Shown in pieces: positions 10,091-21,023 of a stretch of DNA of 64,000 nt. Source of the stretch: Minutocellus sp. GHC0000111 (taxonomy: Eukaryota); assembly GCA_977018835.1 (NCBI GenBank), contig OZ361258.1:1798001-1862000 (forward strand), in the 5' to 3' direction. The notes beneath the pieces are model-generated. The model was not told where the DNA came from. It ran no database searches and was given only the letters and a program-made list of their open reading frames with translations. How positions within the stretch are numbered: position 1 is the stretch's first letter; every line of letters starts with the position of its first letter. A program made the position numbers and the translations under genes.

Positions 10091-13000
10091 ATGCAACAAC
10101 GTCGAAGACCGGGCGGCAGCAACGACATGTGGAAGGATGACGGCGATGATTTCGGCTCATCGGCAGCCGGCGCCCCAGCTCCCCTCTCCTTTTGGACCAA
10201 CACCCTCCAATCACTGAGAGCAACCCTGGCCGCCGTCCGGTCCGTCCTCAACCTTCCCACCTTCATCATCATCGTCATCGCCGCCCTGGACTCCGCCGAC
10301 AAGGGCCTGCTGGCCTCCTCCTTCCCCATGCTCGAGAAGCAGCTGGGTATGTCGGTGGAAACCCTCGGCTACTTCTCCCTCTTTACCAACCTGTCGTACT
10401 CGTTCGCCCTACCGTTATGGGGATGGTGCGTCCACAGATACAGCATCCAACGATCGCCGTCGATACTGGCCGGTTCTTGTGCCCTTTGGGGGGCATCGAC
10501 GTTGGGAATTGCCGTCGCGGGTTCCAGTGTCGGTGCTCAGGCGCTCTTTCGGAGTATCAATGGTGGTGCCGTGGCCAGCATCCTACCCCTGAGCCAGATG
10601 CTGCTCGTGGAGTTTGTCCCGGGCAACATGCTCGGTAGAGCCTTTGGACGTGAGTTTGATATGATCGACGTGTATTATACGAAGTCCCTTTCGCGAGAAA
10701 TCGAGCGCAGGGTCGGGACCAAAACAGCGACTTTTTGGGCCCGCAACCGCCTGAATCTTAGATCTAGAGGAGTTGCCAAAATAAGGCGGAAGTTGAGGTG
10801 ATGTTGGTTTTCGATGACTAAAAGTAAATGAAACCGGCTAGTGCTCTTGTAAATTGAAGTACTAGGTGTGGTAACTGCCTCCAAAAATCGGGAGTCGCTC
10901 ATTTTGACGAGAAGGTGCCAAGCAGAGGGAAAAGAAATTTCGAGACTCCGACTCGAGCTCTGACCGAGTGACGAAATAAGGCGGCTAACAAACTACTAGT
11001 AAATGGGATTGGTCCCGTCAAAAAATATATTGGTCCCGCCTCCCTCGAAGGGGGGCAGATGAGCGTTTTGGTAGTGGTTACCTACTAGTAGCGCTAGCTT
11101 CTACTAGTAATTGCCTAGTGGCTGCAGTCAGGGTTGGCAGATGACAAGTAGCTCCGCCATATAAAGTGCACCGCCTTATTTTGGCAGCTCCTCTACCGGC
11201 ATTGAATACATGTACAATGCAAAGTACATGTATTGCAGCAGCTAGTATCCAGATCTACAATCCAATCTAGTATTATTAAACACAATATAACTTAAAAGCA
11301 CCGCAGGACTAATTATCCATGGTTGGATCAGCAGGAGGAGGAGCGATAGTTTTCCCATCTATCCGAACCATGCCATTTTCAGTCGGCCTGAAATCCTTTC
11401 GCACCCCAACATGAATGCCTTCACCGTTTCCAAGAAAATCATTGTTGCCTTTTGCAACGATTACCTTCTTTGCAATTCTATGAGCCTGGATGTATGCCGA
11501 TGCGATCTTCCAGTTTTCCAAAACCCTTCCAAACTTCCTCCGCTGCATCCCAAGTCTGATCCTCTGTCAAAACCTTCAGCCCCTCCCGATCGCGGCACAA
11601 CATTGTATGCTGCTTTGACATGCAAGGGAAAACAGACAGATCAAGAACATTCATATGGGGCATTTGCGGGGCCTGAGGTTCCCAACGCCATCACTTGTCC
11701 CGACAGTATCCTTCCACATATTCCACAAATTCAGTCTCGGCATGGGGCCCAGCATTGTCGCCCTGGAAAATAGGGACATAGCCTTCAAACTTTCCGCCAG
11801 GTCCGACCAAAGCCTCAACATCCGGAAATATCTTGTTCTCAAACAAAGCTTTCAGTGGGAACTTGGGATTATCAAGGGTGCCATGGCTGCATCCAGTCAC
11901 CGCGCAATCCACAAGGTATAGATCGTCTTTCTTCCGAACCACCGGGCCGCAATATTTGATTCTACCATCTGCCTGCCGCACCGCCTCCCTTACCATCTGC
12001 CTCGCAATTTTATGCGCCTGAGCCCGAAAAAGTCCAAGCTTGAACGCAATGCCGCCATTCTCAATGCTGTCAATAAAAGCCAAGGCAGTGACAGCCACCA
12101 CCATGCACTTGTTAATGTGATTTCGGTGATATGCCGAGAAGGACCGAGGATCAATACCCAATTCTGCAACTTGCTTGGCATACGATCGAAGAACCAAGCC
12201 CCAAAACCACTTCTCATCGAACATAACATGGAGAAACTTGCCACCGCCGAGCCCCCAATTGTTTCGGAATTTCCGCGCAAATGCCAAATGTTTCTCCATC
12301 TGATGTGTAGTAAGGAGAGGGATGATCCTTTCGGCATAGTACCGGAACCCTTCCCGCGACATTATCCACCGCCGTATTGCCGAGTAGGAACACCAAAAGT
12401 TGACATCCACCTCCAGCTCCCGCCAAGATTCCCGAGGATTTCGTATCAGAGCATCAACAATAACATCTCGAATGTATGGCTGCATAGCCAGATGAGATCT
12501 CCTCTTCATCTCCCACATCGCCTTCTCAGATGCAGGTAGAGCACCATACGCCTTCATCCATCCCGAAAATCGTGCACCATGCTCTGCGCTGGACAGCACC
12601 GAATAGTCCACCTTTGCCTGCTCCCTGCACTTGGCAATTGCAAAGAGACATGGTGCAGTATACCGCCGGGTCGCCGTTGCAAGATCGTCGATGACAGAAC
12701 GGAAGGCGGCCGAATCAGATGAATCATCGGCACTCGTTGGGAAGCAGTATACCGGTCCAAGTATGCCGATCGCGTCATCGAAATGCTCAGCTTCGACTTC
12801 CGCCCGAGACACAAATGGATTGAACACATACTCACCGCTGTCTTGGCCATCATCATTGACCAGGAGAATACTCTCAAGATTGACGGGCCCGAGGATTTTG
12901 AGAAGCACATGCTCCTCAATGTCGTCAGTCGACTCGTCTGCCGGGCTATAAGGGCCGAGAACATGCCCCTCGACATGGATGATGTCGTGGCAATAACTGA

Positions 13001-14870
13001 ATCGGTGTACGACAAGGCCGCGGAGATGTTCCACTCCTCAGTTACCTTCATCTACAAGTTCAACGGCGTGAAGTGGGAGCTAAAGAAGCTCAAGCTCATC
13101 CCGGATTGGCTGTGGTGCGAGATCCGGGACGAATGCATCGTACTGCCGATCCGAGGCGAGTATCATGCCATCGTTCAAGATGAAGACGAGATGGAGGCCG
13201 AACCGTCGCGTCGCACGAACGCGTCCATTTGATTAGAGCCGCTGAAATCTAAAGTCTTATCCGAATTATTGTTTCACATGAAGATAAATCAAAATTAGAG
13301 TAAAAATAGCCATTTTCTTAAATATTTCAGCATGACTATTCTTCGAGGCGCTTTTCAATCCCCTCGAAAGCAGTCAAAAACCGGGCGCTCGATTTCTCGC
13401 GAATCTGACCTCGTACTTGTACTATACTTGCAAACTAGGGATCCCTACAATATAATGTGCCATGCATTGTATTGTTTCTCACAATATGCACCAACTGCGC
13501 AACATTTTCTCTCATTAACAGTGATGGGCCTTGCCGAGAAGCTTGCCGGCACCATCGCTTCGGCTTCAATAATTTGGTTCTCGAACTGGCAGATGCCCTA
13601 CTTTGCTGTCGGTGTGCTGTCGCTCGTCGCCGCAGCATTTGCTCAGCGGTTTCTGGCCGTATCTGGTCACGGTGATGACAAGGAGAAACGCGACGAGGAT
13701 GGCAACAAGAAGAAAATGACGCTGGGACAAATTGTCCGTCGAATTACCCGAATACCAGCATTCCTCTGCCTTGTAGGTCCAGGCATATTCGGTGGGATTC
13801 CCTGGGACATGATGAGCTTCCTGCTACTTTTGTTTGAATGGCGCGGCCTATCGAGAGAGCAAATTGTGTCCATTCAATTCACCCAGGGCATCAGCGGTAC
13901 CATTGGGACGCCCCTGGGCGGTTTCCTCGGGGATCGATTCGCTCATTTGCCCCGAGGTCGAATATATGTCGCGCTCACCAGCGTTGTACTTGGAACGATA
14001 TCGTTTGGTATATTCTTGTTCTCAACTACCTACAAGAGCATATTCTTTTGGTTCAACCTATTCCATCTAGTTGCGGGGTGGACAACTGCCGCAGCAAATC
14101 GACCCATATGTGCCGAGATGGCACAAAATCCGTCAGAGAGGGCCCAAATTGTTTCCCTCTGGTTGCTGTTGGAAAAGGTGAGTGTGCTGCCGAACGGATT
14201 CATTTGTATGTATCCGTCAGTCAGAAGAGCAGAGCAAAGCACCGTTACTAGGCCTTCGTCCTTTTTCCAGTGGGCAGAAAGTTTTCCTATAGTGTGCGAA
14301 AGCAAACCAACGGACCGTCACACATGGTGGAGCGCAGACAATGCGCCCCGCCGTGACTCCGGATGGCTCCTTCTCTAAAGGGAGAGCGCTGCGCTTCCTC
14401 ATGCGCATGCATTCTGGGAGGTTATGGAGCAATAATTTATTCATAAATTCAGATCGGGCGTCGATATAGTTATGTGTCGTTGTTTCACTAACAATTTCGT
14501 TTTGGACATTTCTTTTCTTCAATTAACGCCAAAGACCGCAGCAGCGATCTTCGGTGCACCATTGGTGGGGTACCTGACGAGTGGGATGATCGACGAAACC
14601 ACAGAAAAGGGCGTGGCATCACCCGAAAAGGCTAATGCACTGGCCTACAATATTTTCGTTCTCTCGACCTTGTTCTGGATTCTATGCTGCTGCTTCTGGT
14701 GCCTCATGGCATACTTTGTGGATTCAAATACTACCAGTGGTGTGCGAAGTGGCAAGGGAGGTGTAGAATATGCCGAGCTTAGTCAACGCGAAGACGCGGT
14801 GGGTAAGCCAGAGGCAATCGCCAGCAGTAAAACAATGGGCAGGGGCATCGAGCTTCTTCAGGTTGCATGA
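10091..14870 (+). CDS. Major facilitator superfamily transporter (spinster-like), copy 1
   Basis: Exons 10091-10649, 13522-14177 and 14535-14870 joined by GT..AG introns (RAFG|LMGLAEK; LLEK|TAAAIFGAP). About 12 hydrophobic helices, motif-A-like GGFLGDRF. Intron 1 contains a transposon. Confidence 0.88.
10767..11193. mobile_element. 427-bp MITE (TA target, Stowaway-like) nested in the mariner element
   Basis: 23-bp TIRs GAGGAG(T/C)TGCCAAAATAAGGCGG with 1 mismatch; TA at 10765-66 and 11194-95; no ORF; extra internal AAATAAGGCGG near 10974. Confidence 0.88.
11309..12830 (-). pseudogene. Mariner-like DD38D transposase pseudogene
   Basis: VMFDEKWFW, FQGDNAGPH, PQAPQMPHMNVLDLSVFP, with 38 residues between the second and third D. 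In-frame TGA at 11693-11691, frameshift near 11550 into the 11309-11548 frame, no clear ATG start. Confidence 0.88.
12783..13232 (+). CDS. Hypothetical ORF (probably a 3' remnant) inside the mariner element, opposite strand to the transposase
   Basis: High GC3 and globular-protein-like composition from about 12840 to the TGA at 13232; the overlapping minus frame reads like antisense here. Confidence 0.5.
   Translation: MLSFDFRPRHKWIEHILTAVLAIIIDQENTLKIDGPEDFEKHMLLNVVSRLVCRAIRAENMPLDMDDVVAITESVYDKAAEMFHSSVTFIYKFNGVKWELKKLKLIPDWLWCEIRDECIVLPIRGEYHAIVQDEDEMEAEPSRRTNASI
14185..14437 (+). ncRNA. Candidate structured intronic RNA (H/ACA-like multi-hairpin)
   Basis: Four consecutive hairpins found by eye, one with a 13-bp stem containing G-U pairs (14323-14355). 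ANANNA boxes at 14231 (AGAGCA) and 14299 (AAAGCA). Absent from the paralogous intron. No family assignment possible. Confidence 0.35.
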
Positions 14871-15515
14871 GGGTTTTTATTCGACCATGTACATATGTAG
14901 AGTCTAGATCTACACATGTATTGTACCGTAGAATTTTTCACACACGGCACGGGCAACTTTGAACAAATTACCGGTAGTATATGCAATCTACTGGATCTAT
15001 TGAACTACAAAAGTTTACAGGAGCCTGGCTATCTAGAAGTAGTTGTTAGCACCTCAACTTAGTACATGTGTAGTCGGGCTTGGATCAAAGAGAGGAATCG
15101 TTGCGATGTGCCGGCTTTCTCTTCGACTCTTGCATGCCCCGCCCCGCCACCTCTCGTCTGATGGCGCGGGCGTTTGCGGCGGCGGCGGCGGCGCAAACCG
15201 CGCGAAGTACCTTCGAACCAAGTCCAGTCGCCTCATCTATCTCGTATCGCATGGACCCTCCCAGGCATCCACCCTCGTAGATCTAGTAAATTGTGTTGTA
15301 ATTGCAAGTAAAACAACAATTTGGCGGAAAAAAAAAAAAGAATCGAGCGATACTCGATATCCTCTTCTCAGTCGATGCAGCTCCTGCTTTACCAAGAAGA
15401 GTGAGTTCGTTCGTCCTGTCGTTCTGCTCTCTCTTTCCTCTTGATCTTGATCGTGCCTTGTCTATCAACTTGCGTCATTGATGCATCTAGCTCAAATCTC
15501 GTTGCTCAGCAAGCC

Positions 15516-17229
15516 TCATCTTTGAGCTCCGAACAAGGCACCCGGAGCCTTCTCTCTTCGGCTACCTGGACCAATCACAGAAGGCGCCAGTAGAGGGAAT
15601 CGCCTTTTGCCACAGCGTTCCAGTCGACGTCTTCCGTTTTGACAAGAGAAAATTCGCCGAGGACCTGCCGCCAATCGTTCTGCAGATTGAAGAGCCGTTC
15701 GACCTACAGTTCTCACAACGTTACCGGTGATTCGCTCAATGATCTTGCTGGCAACGTGCATGGCGCAGGTGCCAACCTCCCGAGTATTTGGACAAAGCAA
15801 CTTGCCTGCTGCAACTGTCATGCGCATCGTCGGTGTTGTCGTTTCATGATAATAATGATGCAAAAAATAAAAGTAGAAGTTGTGTCAACAGGTTGTAGAT
15901 GGATAGACATAATTGTCAGTGTGTTCGACAAGCCAATATGTGATATATGTACATGCATGCATGCAAATGGATCAATTGATGCAGATCTACACGTAGATCT
16001 GCGTGTGCCGGCACATGCATTACGGTACACGTGTACCTAGGTACCGGCTGCATTCATTCAGCATGGCGCCGGCACGCCGGCTACGGCTCCGCAAGAAGAT
16101 GCGGTCTGTCCTTCAACAGTCTAAGTAAAACAAGCAGAAGAGCGAGCAGCAAGCATAACTACTCACCTGCGGAAGTGGTCGTATCATTGACTGGAGCGGC
16201 AAGGTCGTACTTTTCAATTCCATACCGGAGAAAGGCCTTGTAGCCATCGGCCTTGACGTCGACAGCTTTCTTGCCCTCGGGCGGCAAAAGAGCAATGGCG
16301 ATCTGACGGAAGGCGAAGGTGACGGGGTGGGCGTACATGATCGAGAGGCCACGAATCTCTCTCGTGTTGCCATCCCAATCGTCATGGGAAACGATAATGA
16401 ATGGCTGAGGGACACCAGTAACGCCCATGTAATATTCACGGATCTCCTTCACGTCTTTGCTCACGAAGTGCACCAGGAATCCAAACTGGTCGCACTGAAC
16501 GGCATGGAGACGGTGGCGGCCGGTCTTCTCGTATCCGAGAGCTTTGAGGTACTCGGCGTTCTCGATTACGAAGAGGATGAGTTCGCGGAAGTTATCCTTT
16601 TCGACGGTGTTGTAGGTGATTGCATTGTCGTTGATGCACTTGAAGAGGAGGTGCTCGAACTGCTGCATGACGTTCTTTTTGGTGGTGTCGGAATTGACGA
16701 GGGCTTGGAAAAGGCTCACCTGCTTGGCGGCGGAAGAGCTGCTCCCCTGGGCGGCTTGGTACTCCTTTTTGTGGACGGTGGCGAGGTGATGAGTGCCATT
16801 GGAAGATTGGTTGTTGTGGAGGGAAAATACGCAGTTCTCGAGGCGCTTCGTGGGGTCCTTGAAGCAGGTGGCACAAATGTAGAGGAAGGCTCCTTTCTGA
16901 GTCATCGCGGCTTTCAGCTTCTTGTGGAGGACGGTGCCATCTTTGTCCACATCAAAGTCGTCGTGGAAGTCATACTTGCACATGCCAAAGTCGGGGTCCC
17001 AGACAATGGACTTGGAGGTTCCGGGCTTCTTGGTCAGCACAATTACTGCCTTTTCGTCAAGCACGGCCTTTTGGTCGGCGGCCAGCGCCTCGATGGATAC
17101 TTTGGAAGGGGATGGAGTGATACATGTAGCAACAGTGGCAGCGGTACCGGTAGTAGCGGCTCGATCAGGAGAGGGTGGAGGGGTGCCCGGGGGTGGGTCA
17201 CCGGCAGCATTAGCATCGGTAGCAGACAT
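15516..17229 (-). mobile_element. hAT-family transposase relic (BED finger plus 5' part of the catalytic domain), 3'-degenerate
   Basis: YICATC..NGTHHLATVH (BED-like), IIVSHDDWD, VNDTT. After intron 16166-15815 (GTGAGT..GACAG) comes the CxxH motif TCAMHVASKII. TIRs and TSD not found. Confidence 0.75.
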
Positions 17230-18077
17230 GTGTGTTGATGGAAGAATGCCCTTTGTGTTTGGTTCGTTTGGGCAAATTATGAGAGGTGAAATGGCAAGAA
17301 AAGTGATTTTGTTGTGCTTTGCTTTATCTTGGAAATGTTTTACTGCACGAACTATGCATATTCATTGATGTCGAGAGGCCATACTGACAGCATAAGCTAG
17401 GCCATTTGCCAGTATAAATCTACATGTAAATCAAAATTGTATGGAACATAGTGCAGTCGTTCTGCGACGTCTGCACCAGAGAACGGCCTCAGAAAATGCC
17501 ATGCCAAAAAGGCAAGAGAAGGTAGATACGGGAAAATAGATGCGTTCCGTTCTCACTCACAAGATATGTATAGAATCGGAGAAGTAATATCACACATGTT
17601 CATCCTCTATTCAAAGTCAGAAACATCTGCACCGAAGAATACACGTTCGCTACACGTGGCCAACATTGTCTCGTTGGGATTTCTGGCTCATACACGAAAT
17701 CACACACGGCCTTCGTGCGTGTCGAGTAGCGACTTACATACATGCAAGCATTTTGTTTTCTGCGTACGTACACGTACATGTACATTTTTATTTCTTCGTG
17801 ACGTGTATCATTCCCTGCCCGCAAGGTAACAAAACCCAAGTGACTGATGAAGTCAACGATGGAGGCGCCCTCCCACGCACCCCGACCCTCATCTTTGAGC
17901 ATGGTTCAAGCCACTTTAGTTGATGCAACATCTCGTGACGGTGGTTGTTGCGTATCTTTAGATTGTCAGCAGGTGTAGAAGAATCTTTTTGGCACGCCGA
18001 AGTTCTGCGGCACCAGCAGATGATGGAAATTCGCGATCAGCCGCCGCCCTGAGTTGTTCTTCGAAGGTGCCTCTGCC

Positions 18078-19862
18078 ATGCAGCAGCGCCGGCATCAGGG
18101 CGGAAGTGATTACGACGAGGAGGATGGCGGCGCTGATTTTGGCTCGACCGTTGGCAAGAACGCCCCACGGTCATCGGCACTGTCCTTTTTACCCTTCAAG
18201 AGCTTCAATGCCATTCGATCCATCCTCAGCCTTCCTACATTCATTGTCATAATGATTGCTGCCCTTGATTCTGCTGATAAGGGCCTGCTGGCCTCCTCTT
18301 CCCTATGCTCGAGAAGCAGCTTGGTATGTCGGTGGAAACCCTCGGCTACTTCTCCATGTTTTCCAACCTTTCATACGCTCTTTCTCTACCGCTATGGAGC
18401 TGGTGCGTCCACAGATACAGCATCAAGCAAGCACCAATAATTCTCGCGTGGGCCTGTGCTTTGTGGGGCATATCAACATTGGGACTTGCCGTGGCTGGGT
18501 CCAGTGTGATGGCACAGGCTTTGTTCCGAAGCATCAATGGTGGTGCTGTAGCGAGCATAATGCCTTTGAGTCAGACACTGCTGGTTGAGTTCGTACCGAG
18601 CAATATGCTCGGTAGAGCCTTTGGATGTGAGTCATGCGCAGTAAATTTAATGGGAAGGTCTGTGATACCATCGTGTGGGTTCGTGTAGGTTAATGCTCTT
18701 GTTATTGGTCTCTCATGCTCTGTTTCCTCTTGTCCCTCTGAACGCACACATATCCACAGTAATGGGACTAGCCGAGAAGCTCGCTGGTACTTTTGCCGCT
18801 GCATCAATAATTTGGTTCTCGAATTGGCAGATGCCATATCTTGCGATCGGTCTACTATCTCTATTTGCGGCAATATTGACTCCGCGCATGTTGGTCGTGA
18901 CAGGCCATACTGGTGTTGGAAAGGCGGATAGCAAGAGCACTGGGGGCGACGATAAGAAGAAGATGACGCTGGGACAAATTGTCCGACGAATTACCCGAAT
19001 ATGCATTCCTCTGTCTGGTAGGTCAAGGTATATTTGGCGGCATTCCCTGGGATATGATGAGCTTCCTATTACTGCTTTATGAGTGGCGCGGCCTATCGAG
19101 AGAGCAAATCGTGTCCATCCAGTTTTCCAAGGGAATAAGCGGAACAATAGGAAACCTACTTGGTGGTTCCTCGGTGATAGGTTTGCTCATCTGCCCCGAG
19201 GTCGGATATATGTCGCGCTCACCAGTAAAGTATTGGGAACTACTGCCTACGGTATGTTTCTATTTTCCACCACCTACAAGAGCATATTCTTTTGGGTAAA
19301 TGTCTTTTTTGTCATCGCCGGATGGCCTCGTGCGGGAGTTCTCCGCCCGATGACAGCCGAGATGGCTCGGAATCCATCGGAGAGGGCTCAGATTGTCTCG
19401 CTCTGGTTGCTCCTAGAGAAGGTGAGTTTGGTCACATACATGCTGCCTTGTTCTCAGAGTCAATTGAATGACAATGCAGGGCACATGCACATTTACATGC
19501 AATACCTTTGATTTGTTTTTCTTTCTAACCCTAACAATACATGTACCGTGCCGGCACTGATTTACCCTTCATTTTCAACATAGATATCTGCTTCAGTACT
19601 CGGTGCGCCATTGGTGGGATATCTGACGAGTGGGATGATTGATGAAACAGCAGAAAAGGGTGCAGCATCTCCCGAGAAGGCCCACGCCCTGGCCTACAAT
19701 ATTTTTGCCCTCTCAGCCTTGTTCTGGGCTCTATGCTGCTGTTTTTGGCTAATCATGGCATGCGTTGTGGATTCAAGTTCTGGAAAGGCACATGTGCGGG
19801 AAGATAAGAGTGACTCGGGATACGCGAAAGTGAAACAAAAGGAAAAAGAAGAGGGTTACTAA
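18078..19862 (+). pseudogene. MFS transporter, tandem copy 2, with three frameshifts
   Basis: Colinear paralogue of 10091-14870 with the same intron positions (18627-18759, 19422-19583). Deletions relative to copy 1 near 18299 (-1), 19000 (-2) and 19168 (-1). Confidence 0.8.
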
Positions 19863-21023
19863 ATAGGATTTTTATTGAACGTTGGATGGTGAAGAAGAGA
19901 TCTGGTGGTGGTGCTGGTGGTCGTTATGAGTTTAAGTAGATCTACACGTAGATCTACGTTTGTCCGGAGGAGAGGAGAGTAGGGTAAATCTTAGTTGGAC
20001 ATGGGATGTCATGGTAACAATGTTCCCATCGAGAGTGCAGCTTTTCACTTCTCAGTGTTCGATCTGCTGGTGGTCCGTCCGACTCTGTGTCTGTCCTCTC
20101 TCTCGTATCTGCCTCAGGCCTCGCTCGGCCTGCCGGAATGTGGTCATTCTTACGTAATGGAAATTGACCCTCGCTTGCTTCGATTTTGCGATTTCGAGTC
20201 ATTTTGCGCCATGGAGCACGTGATGGCATGGAGTGGCGCATGACTGCGACTCCTCGACTCCATGACCACGGCACGCCACGGTTCGCCCCATTCCAGGCGT
20301 ATTATATTGCCCACGTGAAGGGGGAAAAGGCTATTGTTAGCATCAGGTCGATGGGTCGGTCGCGGCTTACCGCTGATCATGTAAAAATATCCAGCCGAGG
20401 ACCAACTGGCACACGTGTTTGGAGAGCGCGGTATTTTCACCATTACCAACCCGGTGACGACAACCCACGTATCAATCCCAACCTACAAATCATGAACTGT
20501 CACATCGGATACCCCCTGTTGGTCGTCTCTCGGTAGAAGTAGGTCAAACTTACACCGGAATGTCAAAAATGGCGAAAAAATGGAGCTCATAATGTGTTGA
20601 GAGGCCGATAGCACCGCCGAAACAACCCCGACGACGGCTGCCACCGCAACGATTGCATCCCACCTACCAAGGGGCGTCGAACGATGTCTTTCTTTGCATG
20701 ATTTGGGGTGCTGGGGGGATGTATTATGCTCAAATGCGATGTTTGGAGAGCAGCGAGAAATCGTGGAAAACGTCCTCTCTTTATGCCACAAAAAGTCGCG
20801 ATAGCAAGCAGGACGGTATGTACCGCTGATACCGTTGTTTCAAGCTCATCGAGAGCTTTCGAACGATACCTCATTTGTTGGAATCGGTGGATTATTGAAG
20901 AAGATTGGCGAGGATGGCTAAAGCGTTATGATTGTAACGGTGTGTGAAATAGTGCGTGAGAATCATAAAGCTGTGTTGAGACGTGCACATTAGAAAATCA
21001 ACACTCCCTCACAAATTCAACCA

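Larger units (their letters stand above)
10680..13413 (-). mobile_element. Tc1/mariner-superfamily DNA transposon (DD38D, plant-mariner-like), defective, in intron 1 of MFS copy 1
   Basis: Imperfect 29-bp TIRs: CGAAGTCCCTTTCGCGAGAAATCGAGCGC versus revcomp CGAGGTCAGATTCGCGAGAAATCGAGCGC. Flanking TA at 10678-79 and 13414-15. Removing it leaves a 136-bp intron; the paralogous intron is 133 bp. Confidence 0.92.

Noticed and set aside
15164..15203. GC-rich hairpin as a Helitron 3' end
   Set aside because: No CTRR terminus at the expected distance and no Helitron coding remnants.
15514..17900. 14-bp direct repeat CCTCATCTTTGAGC near both sides of the hAT relic
   Set aside because: Matches of this length are expected by chance in 64 kb, and it is neither inverted nor an 8-bp TSD.
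19525..19535. CTAACCCTAAC, resembling a telomerase template or telomeric seed
   Set aside because: Only 11 bp, inside a short intron where CTAAC branch-point motifs are expected, with no supporting structure.
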